Shown: piece by piece, positions 57,693-64,000 of the stretch | Layout: every line of letters begins with the position of its first letter | Numbering within the stretch: the first letter of the stretch is position 1 | Source: Myxococcota bacterium | Lineage (GTDB): Bacteria > Myxococcota_A > UBA9160 > UBA6930 | Length of the DNA: 64,000 nt | Reading direction: 5' to 3' | NCBI GenBank assembly: GCA_965223705.1 | Contig: OZ245015.1 | Location: forward strand, 3,744,001-3,808,000 | Program-made: the position numbers and the translations under genes | Notes under the pieces: generated by a model | Told to the model about the DNA's origin: nothing | Database searches by the model: none | Seen by the model: only the letters and a program-made list of their open reading frames with translations

Positions 57693-58597
57693 CAGAACGC
57701 GCGCCGCTGCGCGACCGCGAGGACCGCGCCCGCGAAACCGACCGCCGCACCACCCAGGACGATGCCGACGAGTGCGCTCGCGTCGAGGAAGACGGGGTCG
57801 ACATAACCGATCAGCAACGTCAGACCACTGGCGAGCAGTGGCTTCAGCGCGTGAAACAAACCGAACAGGGCGACCCAGGCGATGGCTCCGCCGATTGCGC
57901 CCTGGACGACCCCTTCGATGAGAAACGGGGCCGCGACGAAGCCCGGCGCTGCGCCGACCAACCGGAGAATCTCGATCTCGTCTCGGCGCGCGTAGAGCGC
58001 CAACCGAATCGTATTCGCCACGATCAACAGGGTGGCGACCAGCAGGGTCCCGCCCAACGCGATGCCGCCGATGCGGACGATTCCGATCACGCGGGTGTAT
58101 CCCTCGATCCACTCCGCCCCGGCGCCCACTTCGCTGACCCCGGGCCAATCGGACACCAGGGCGCCGACGCGCCGCAGGTCATCGGCGTCCCGGGATTGTG
58201 CCGAAAGCGTCAGCTCAAAAGACGAAGGCAGCGGGTTTTCTTCGAGGCCGTCGAGCACATCGCTTCGCTCGCCGACCCCGCTGCGGAAACGTTCGAGTGC
58301 CTCTTCAGGCGAGACGAACGACACGCTGTCGACGCCTTCTAGCGCGGCGAGCCGCGCTGCCAGCGCCTCGTGCGCGTCGCTGTCGAGCTCGGGGTCCAGG
58401 TAGACCGCGAGCTTCACCTCTTCTCCGAATCGATCGATCAAGCGCTGCATGTTGCCGAGCAGCAGCGAAAACGCCCCCGATAGGAGGAGCGTCACCGCGA
58501 CCGTCACAACGGCGACAGAAGACGTGACGGGACTGCTGCGGAGGCCGCGGAAGGCCGCGAGAGCCGCGTAGCGCATCCAACCGAGGGGATGATTCAC
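57692..58597 (-). CDS. ftsX: Cell division permease FtsX
   Basis: FVSPEEAL, NPLPSSF, NTIRLALYARRDEIEILRLVGA...PFLIEG. Confidence 0.95.
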   Translation of the reverse strand: MNHPLGWMRYAALAAFRGLRSSPVTSSVAVVTVAVTLLLSGAFSLLLGNMQRLIDRFGEEVKLAVYLDPELDSDAHEALAARLAALEGVDSVSFVSPEEALERFRSGVGERSDVLDGLEENPLPSSFELTLSAQSRDADDLRRVGALVSDWPGVSEVGAGAEWIEGYTRVIGIVRIGGIALGGTLLVATLLIVANTIRLALYARRDEIEILRLVGAAPGFVAAPFLIEGVVQGAIGGAIAWVALFGLFHALKPLLASGLTLLIGYVDPVFLDASALVGIVLGGAAVGFAGAVLAVAQRRAF

Positions 58598-59304
58598 GGA
58601 CGCTCGACTCCAGAACTCTCGAGCTGCCCGTCGTGCAAACGAAGACAGCGCTTTCCATACCGATCGACCAACGCGAGATCGTGGGTCGCGACGAGCACGG
58701 TCGTGCCACGCGCGGTAGCGCCGACGAGAAGATCCATGATTTCGTACGTCAGATCGGGATCGAGGTTTCCCGTGGGCTCATCCGCCAACAGAATATCCGG
58801 CTCGGTCACCAAAGCGCGCGCGATGGCGACGCGTTGTTGCTCTCCTCCGGAGAGCGTTTCCGTCCGCTGATCGAGGCGATGATGGAGCCCGACGCGCTTC
58901 AACATGGAGAACACTCGGTCCTTCGCTTCGCGTCGGGGCGTTCCGGTGACGGCCAGCGCCAGGCCGACGTTGTCTTCGACGGTGCGTCGGGGCAGCAGTT
59001 TGAAATCTTGGAAGACGATGCCGATCCGGCGCCGCAGTGCGGCGACACCGCGGGCGCGCAAGCCCGCCGTGTTGCGTCCCAAGACGACGAGCTGACCTTC
59101 GCTCGCGCGTTCGGCTGCGAACAACAGCCGGAGCAACGTACTTTTTCCGGCGCCGCTCGGGCCGGTCAGAAACGCGAATTCACCGCGTCGCAGCTCGAGA
59201 CTGATATCTCGGAGCGCCCAGCTCCCGGGGAGGTAGGACTTCGAAACGTGGAACAGGCGTACGAGTGCATCGCCGGAAAGAGGCGCCGCCGCGCCCCGGT
59301 TCAC
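58594..59304 (-). CDS. ftsE: Cell division ATPase FtsE
   Basis: GPSGAGKST, IGIVFQDFKLL, LSGGEQQRVAIARA, ADEPTGNLDP; GTGA overlap with the upstream gene. Confidence 0.95.
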   Translation of the reverse strand: MNRGAAAPLSGDALVRLFHVSKSYLPGSWALRDISLELRRGEFAFLTGPSGAGKSTLLRLLFAAERASEGQLVVLGRNTAGLRARGVAALRRRIGIVFQDFKLLPRRTVEDNVGLALAVTGTPRREAKDRVFSMLKRVGLHHRLDQRTETLSGGEQQRVAIARALVTEPDILLADEPTGNLDPDLTYEIMDLLVGATARGTTVLVATHDLALVDRYGKRCLRLHDGQLESSGVERP

Positions 59305-59756
59305 GAGACGCGCGCTTTGTCGCGCTGAGAGCGCTCGATCAGATAATCGAGCACCCATTCGTCGAGGGGACGTTCGTCCTGTGCCGCAGGGATAGGCGCG
59401 GAGGATGCAGTTTGTCCCGGCGCGCCGGCCGAGCCCGGCTCGGGAGGCGTCGCGTCTCCGAGGTCGGCGACGGAAAACACGTCCTCTCCGAGGCGCTCCG
59501 CGATTTGTCGATCGAGAGCCCCGCCTTCGAGCCGAGACAGCAACGCCTCGTGCTGCGCCTCCATCAGACCGCGGACATAGGTCGCGAGGTCGGGGCGGTC
59601 GACGGCGTCCGCGTAGCTCTGCTTCTCCGACGCGAGAATGGTCCCGCCGTGATAGAGATGCGTGATGATATGGGGATGCGAACGTCCGCTGTCTTCGCTT
59701 TGGAGATGAAAGATCACCCCCTGTCGTTCGACGTTCGTGTTGAAGCCGGGAACCAT
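59301..59756 (-). CDS. Conserved-looking hypothetical protein coupled to ftsE
   Basis: GFNTNV...FHLQSEDSG..HPHIITHLY.GG.IL...MEAQH, C-terminal PLDEWVLDYL; GGAG RBS. Confidence 0.8.
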   Translation of the reverse strand: MVPGFNTNVERQGVIFHLQSEDSGRSHPHIITHLYHGGTILASEKQSYADAVDRPDLATYVRGLMEAQHEALLSRLEGGALDRQIAERLGEDVFSVADLGDATPPEPGSAGAPGQTASSAPIPAAQDERPLDEWVLDYLIERSQRDKARVS

Positions 59757-59983
59757 CCTGCTCCCCTCGCCGAGTCCCGCGAAACTCGGCTCCGGTGTGG
59801 GTGAATCCTTCGCTCACCCGGAGGGCATTGTGGCGATTCGGGATGTCGGTGCCAATAGAGAAAGGCGGCGCGTTTCCCGACTCGCCACGGCCTCGTAGAG
59901 GTATCGGAACGTCCCAGAGAGGGCTAAAACCGGGGGCGCTACATCGGCCGCTCCGCGCCGGCTGCGAAAAGGAGGACAACCCT

Positions 59984-60709
59984 GTGGCGAGAACCAAATG
60001 GTCTGACAGCGCTTTCCGCCGTTGGGGCTTACCCGCAGTTGTTGCTGTGAGTCTGTGCGCGACCAGTGGCGCGGCGGGTCCGGTCGACGGCGTCAATCGC
60101 GCGAGCCGAACCTTCAATTTCTGGCTGCTCGACTACGTGCTCGAGCCGGTGGCGAAGGGATACAACTTCGTCATGCCCAAGCCGGCCCAGGCCGGCGTCC
60201 GGAACGCCCTCCAAAACCTCGAGCGCCCGCGCGACACGGTGCAGAGCCTGCTGCAGGGGAAGCCGCGGCGGGCGGGGGCACATTTGGGAGCCCTGGTCGT
60301 CGACTCGACCGTGGGGATCGCGGGCCTGATGCGCCCTTCGGAATGGTGGTTCAACATCCCGCCGGAGCCCCCGGAAACGTTCGGTGAAACCCTCGGTTTC
60401 TACGGCATTCCCCAGGGCACCTACCTGATCCTGCCGGTGTATGGTGAAACGTGCCCGCGCTGTCTGGTGGGCGCGGTCGGCGATGCGGTGCTGCACCCCT
60501 TGTTCTGGATTCGCGGCACCACCGGCCGCGTGGCCGCCGGTGGTGCGCGCGTTCTCGGAGGAATCAATCTCCTCGCCCGTCAGATGCCCAAGCCCGGCGC
60601 CGCCCCGGAGGAATGGCAACGCTACGAGGAAATTCTGAACGAGCGCCCTTCCTACGAAGAGGCGAAGGATCTCTTCCGAGAAAACCTCGAAGCGGACGTA
60701 GACTCCTAG
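59984..60709 (+). CDS. mlaA: MlaA/VacJ-family protein
   Basis: NRASRTFN, LEPVAKGY, QSLLQGK, STVGIAGL, ETFGETLGFYGI..G.YLILP; AGGAGG RBS. Confidence 0.8.
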   Translation: MARTKWSDSAFRRWGLPAVVAVSLCATSGAAGPVDGVNRASRTFNFWLLDYVLEPVAKGYNFVMPKPAQAGVRNALQNLERPRDTVQSLLQGKPRRAGAHLGALVVDSTVGIAGLMRPSEWWFNIPPEPPETFGETLGFYGIPQGTYLILPVYGETCPRCLVGAVGDAVLHPLFWIRGTTGRVAAGGARVLGGINLLARQMPKPGAAPEEWQRYEEILNERPSYEEAKDLFRENLEADVDS

Positions 60710-61332
60710 GCCGCTCGCCTCCTGCCGAACGAAGCCAGCCCCAGCAAGCCCACCATCGCGAGAAGTGCGCTCCCCGGTTCGGGAACCGCGGTCACCCCAA
60801 ACCCCGGAGATGGCGCGCCGCGCGCGAAGTCGACCGAGTTGTCGTCCGTATCGACGTTTGCAAAAACGCGGTGGAGGCTCTCGCCACCGGGCGCGTCCTC
60901 GGCGGGCGCCCCCTCGCCGGCGAAGAATTGGCCCGGTGCGAATACTCCGAAACCCAGAGCGTCGAGCACGGTCGTCCCCTGGACGAGTCGCACGGAGTCC
61001 GGACCGTTTTGAGGGTCGAACTCGATCAGCAAGTCCGCCGGGGTCACGTCGGAAGTTCCGTCCGCGCGCGTATCCGCAACCACGAAGAAGCCCGAAGAGC
61101 CGAACACCCCCGAGAGCTCCGCAGCGGCGTGCACCGCGCCGTTGTCTCCGTTGACGGCCTCGAGAGTCAGTCCGGCGAGAGACACCCCTGGGCTTCCGAA
61201 GAGCTCGACGAAGACCTGACCGCTGTCACTTCCGAGCGCGTCGTAAAACACCTCGGAGATAAGAGGCATCGCCTTTACGCCGTTCGCCGCGAGGCAGGAC
61301 ACGGCGACGAGCGCGAACATGTTCTTGCGCAT
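60706..61332 (-). CDS. Lamin-tail-like domain protein with PEP-CTERM sorting signal
   Basis: Signal peptide; LISEVFYDALGSD..FVEL, QNGPDSV.L, DTDDNSVDF, PSPG; C-terminal VPEPGSALL-TM-RRR. Confidence 0.85.
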   Translation of the reverse strand: MRKNMFALVAVSCLAANGVKAMPLISEVFYDALGSDSGQVFVELFGSPGVSLAGLTLEAVNGDNGAVHAAAELSGVFGSSGFFVVADTRADGTSDVTPADLLIEFDPQNGPDSVRLVQGTTVLDALGFGVFAPGQFFAGEGAPAEDAPGGESLHRVFANVDTDDNSVDFARGAPSPGFGVTAVPEPGSALLAMVGLLGLASFGRRRAA

Positions 61333-61384
61333 GCTTGGATCCATCGGGACCGCGATGGAGTGAGTGTTTGAAACATCGATTGTT

Positions 61385-62902
61385 TTAGCGTGCCGCGGCG
61401 GAGCGCTGCGCGCTCCACCAACCCTCCGTCCAACCGTCGAGTCCGGCGTCGAGTTCACGGATTCGTAGACGCAGGCGGGGCCGTTCGTCGCGCGCGGCAG
61501 TGCCGAGCGCCAACCGGGCACGGCGGCGCTCAAAATACAATTGCGTCACTTCATCGAGGACTTCATCGCGGAGCTCGATTCGCTCCCGGGTCTCCCTCGA
61601 GACGTCGATGCTCTCCGGGTGGTAGGCGATATCGCCGAGATCCCAGCGCAGGACGACGTCGACATCGAGCGAACGATGTCGATCCGTTGTCGTGTCGTGT
61701 AGCTGTCGCGTCGCACCGGAGCTGAAGACTTCGTCATAGCGCCGCTCGCGCAGCGCATCCCGACCGCGACCGGCGCGCACTTCGAACGTGGGAAGCCAGC
61801 CGCGGCGCCGCACGCCCCGAAAGAGGTTGCGGACGGTGGTGCCGTCGAGACCGACGGTGCGGAGGGCGACGCGTTGGACCGAAACGATGTCGGGGACGTT
61901 CTCTTCCACCGACGCCTCCGCCGCCGGCTTCTTCGGTATATCCGCTGCGCGCGAAGCTTCGCGGTGGAGAAGCCCCCGCTCCCCCACCGCGAAGCGCGCA
62001 CCCGGGGCGATGTCGGCGATCGCCTGATTCTGGATTTCGGCGACTACCTGGGTTGCGCGACGCTGCGGGGTGCTTGGCGCCGGAAGCGAGAACAACCCCC
62101 GATCGCTGCACACCCAGTAGCGATCGCCGTCGAACCGGGCGCGCGTCGCGACGGCGCCGGGTGGAAGGCCGAGCCGCACGCGGAACCAACGCCCCTCGCG
62201 GCGGACCAATAACTCATGTCGGAGAAGGACCGCGATGCCCGTCGGTCCTTCGGTCAGATCCTGGATCGTGGCGCGCTCGCCGAGCACCGGCAGCGAAACC
62301 GGTAGGAGCTTCGGCGCGTTCGCGTGGAGCGTCAGTCGATACAAGCTCCCGCCGACGACGGCCCAGAGTTCGAGCGCGTCCGATCGATCGATGAAGGCCA
62401 CCGCACTCGAGGGGCGATGGGGCAACCCGAGCGGTCGGTGCCATGCGCCGTGATCGCCCTCGCGCAACCAGACACCGGCCTCGGTGGCAGCGGCCGCCCA
62501 GCCGCCCGAGGACGAATTAGGGGACGTGCCCGAGAACGCGATGCGGGCGACGCGACGCGCGGCCCCCGTGCCCAAAGTCTCGCGAGTCCCCGCCTCGGCA
62601 TCGGGCAGAAAGCGCAGGACCCCGGCTCCGGTCGCCGCCCAGAGCGTCCCTTGCGCGTCAAAGGCCAAATCGTGGACCGGGGCGCGGGGCGACCAACGCC
62701 TCCGGAGCGTCGTCCCGTCGAAGAGCCACAGACCGCGCGGCGTCGCGACGGCCACCGTCTCCCGCGCCCGCGCCGCGACGTTCGCCGCGTCTCGCAGTGG
62801 TGCTCCAGTGTCAACCGGTACCCACGAGGCAGCGCTCCCCGAGGAAGTCCCCACGATCAAAACCAACGCGGCCATTGCGCGCAGCCGTCTTTCCGAATTC
62901 AT
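61385..62902 (-). CDS. Exported beta-propeller protein with C-terminal TolC/OEP-like half-repeat
   Basis: Signal peptide; repeats VATPRGLW, WAATGAGV, AATEAGVW, CSDRGLF; C-terminal WLP-beta hairpin-WDL then long helices EVTQLYFERRR. Confidence 0.7.
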   Translation of the reverse strand: MNSERRLRAMAALVLIVGTSSGSAASWVPVDTGAPLRDAANVAARARETVAVATPRGLWLFDGTTLRRRWSPRAPVHDLAFDAQGTLWAATGAGVLRFLPDAEAGTRETLGTGAARRVARIAFSGTSPNSSSGGWAAAATEAGVWLREGDHGAWHRPLGLPHRPSSAVAFIDRSDALELWAVVGGSLYRLTLHANAPKLLPVSLPVLGERATIQDLTEGPTGIAVLLRHELLVRREGRWFRVRLGLPPGAVATRARFDGDRYWVCSDRGLFSLPAPSTPQRRATQVVAEIQNQAIADIAPGARFAVGERGLLHREASRAADIPKKPAAEASVEENVPDIVSVQRVALRTVGLDGTTVRNLFRGVRRRGWLPTFEVRAGRGRDALRERRYDEVFSSGATRQLHDTTTDRHRSLDVDVVLRWDLGDIAYHPESIDVSRETRERIELRDEVLDEVTQLYFERRRARLALGTAARDERPRLRLRIRELDAGLDGWTEGWWSAQRSAAAR

Positions 62903-62915
62903 GGTCGACCGTGTT

Positions 62916-62931
62916 TGCAAGAAAGCGGCCA
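62916..62931 (-). promoter_or_regulatory. sigma54 -24/-12 promoter
   Basis: Minus strand TGGCCGCTTTCTTGCA, exact GG-N10-GC spacing, just upstream of ATG 62902. Confidence 0.7.
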
Positions 62932-63054
62932 CTGCGTACGCGACGGACACCACGCATCGGCCGGCATCCGTGACCACGGGCGATGTACCGTCAACGACGG
63001 TCGTACACAGCGCGCTGCTTGACGGCCCAAGGAAGCTCCAGAACACTTCGCGCG

Positions 63055-63597
63055 ATGCGTCTCCTCCTCGTTCTGGCCTTCACGTGGTGCGTCGCGCTGC
63101 CCGCCGCGTCGGCCGGTGCGGAGGACGCGGCGGCATCCCCCGTTCCCAAGATCTACAAGTGGATCGACGAAAACGGGGTCGCCCACTACACAACCGATCC
63201 GAAGCGGGTTCCCCGCAGCTTGCGCCGACAGATCGGGAACGCGCCCACCGCGAGCGAACCGCTCGAAGCGCCCCAAGTACAAAGGGGCGAAACGCAACTG
63301 GGGGCAGAATCGGGCTTCCGACGCGACGCGCGGCCGACCGTGGAAGAGTCCGCTGTCGAGGGAGAACTCGACTTCGATGCGGCCGAAAGTCGGGCAGCTG
63401 ATCTCGACGCGCGGATCGCGGCGCTCGAGCGGCAGATCGCCGACGACGAGAACACGCTGACGGCGCTGGTGAGCGGCGGCGATGTGGCGACGGGAGAAGG
63501 AGACGCGGCCCTCCTGCGTGATCTCGGTGACCGCCTGCCCAGACTGCTGGCGGAACTCGAAGCGCTGCGTGCTGAGCGCGACGCGCTGGCGCCCTAG
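63055..63597 (+). CDS. DUF4124-domain exported protein with C-terminal coiled coil
   Basis: Signal peptide, IYKWIDENGVAHYTTDP. Confidence 0.8.
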   Translation: MRLLLVLAFTWCVALPAASAGAEDAAASPVPKIYKWIDENGVAHYTTDPKRVPRSLRRQIGNAPTASEPLEAPQVQRGETQLGAESGFRRDARPTVEESAVEGELDFDAAESRAADLDARIAALERQIADDENTLTALVSGGDVATGEGDAALLRDLGDRLPRLLAELEALRAERDALAP

Positions 63598-63615
63598 CGA
63601 GGCGTCCGAACCGAC

Positions 63616-64000
63616 ATGGCGGCCGATCGCGAAATCGTCGCACTGGCCGGAGGCGTGGGAGCGGCCCGCTTCTTGCGCGGTCTGGTCAAGGTGCGGGATC
63701 CGGAATCGATCACCATCATCGGCAACACCGGCGACGACCGCCGCTTCTATGGCGTTCACGTCTCGCCCGACCTCGACATCGTGACCTACACGCTCGCCGG
63801 GCGCGTCGATCCCGAGCGGGGCTTCGGACTCGCCGGTGACTCGTTCAACGTCATCGACACGCTGGCGGACTTCGGGCGCGAAGCGTGGTTTCGCCTGGGC
63901 GATCGAGACTTCGCGGGGTGCCTCCACCGAACGCTGCGACTCGACGACGGCGCGACCTTGAGCGAGGCGACGGACGATCTTCGGCGCGCCGTAGGCGTCG
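63616..64000 (+). CDS. cofD: 2-phospho-L-lactate transferase (F420 biosynthesis), partial
   Basis: Manual translation MAADREIVALAGGVGAARFLRGL...IGNTGDD..YGVHVSPDLDIVTYTLAG...WFRLGDRD. Confidence 0.9.
   Translation, partial: MAADREIVALAGGVGAARFLRGLVKVRDPESITIIGNTGDDRRFYGVHVSPDLDIVTYTLAGRVDPERGFGLAGDSFNVIDTLADFGREAWFRLGDRDFAGCLHRTLRLDDGATLSEATDDLRRAVGV

Noticed and set aside
285..63927. Numerous long overlapping ORFs in the ORF track (e.g. 46073-48370 +, 54313-56178 +, 10405-12363 -, 52396-54168 +)
   Set aside because: Antisense or alternate-frame shadows of recognisable genes, typical of high-GC DNA; Arg/Pro-rich or motif-free.
1..64000. Mobile elements, prophage, CRISPR arrays, anti-phage defence systems
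   Set aside because: No integrase, transposase, phage structural gene, repeat-spacer array or defence-type nuclease/NTPase was recognised.

Overview
High-GC (roughly 65-70% by eye), gene-dense bacterial chromosomal window. Gene content (MshEN, PilZ, FHA-DUF4388, bactofilin, GldAFG-DUF4340, PEP-CTERM, CofD) suggests a Myxococcota/deltaproteobacteria-like organism; this is an inference. About 70 CDS are present, mostly housekeeping: panBCD-smpB-metY, tsaD-rsmA, tolQRAB-cpoB-dksA (no pal), pepA-rpoH, fused moaDE-moaB, holB-suhB, a Gld-type ABC system, an LPS glycosyltransferase plus double kinase, an sxtIJKL-like carbamoyltransferase cassette, a doubled Opp/Dpp transporter, iscA-iscS, xseAB-ispA-dxs-tlyA, ftsEX-envC-ctpA, mlaA and cofD. 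I saw no rRNA, tRNA, CRISPR array, prophage or transposase. The main non-obvious signals are: (1) a recurring sigma28-like promoter motif (TAAAG-like N15 NCCGAW) before at least 8 non-flagellar genes, several apparently leaderless; (2) a sigma54-type operon encoding a beta-propeller fused to a single TolC-like half-repeat plus a lamin-tail PEP-CTERM protein; (3) a pan RNA motif inside a ~400-nt multi-hairpin leader; (4) an IscR-like operator; and (5) a probable CUG start for tlyA. Start codons were refined by eye, and family calls come from motif recognition, not database searches.
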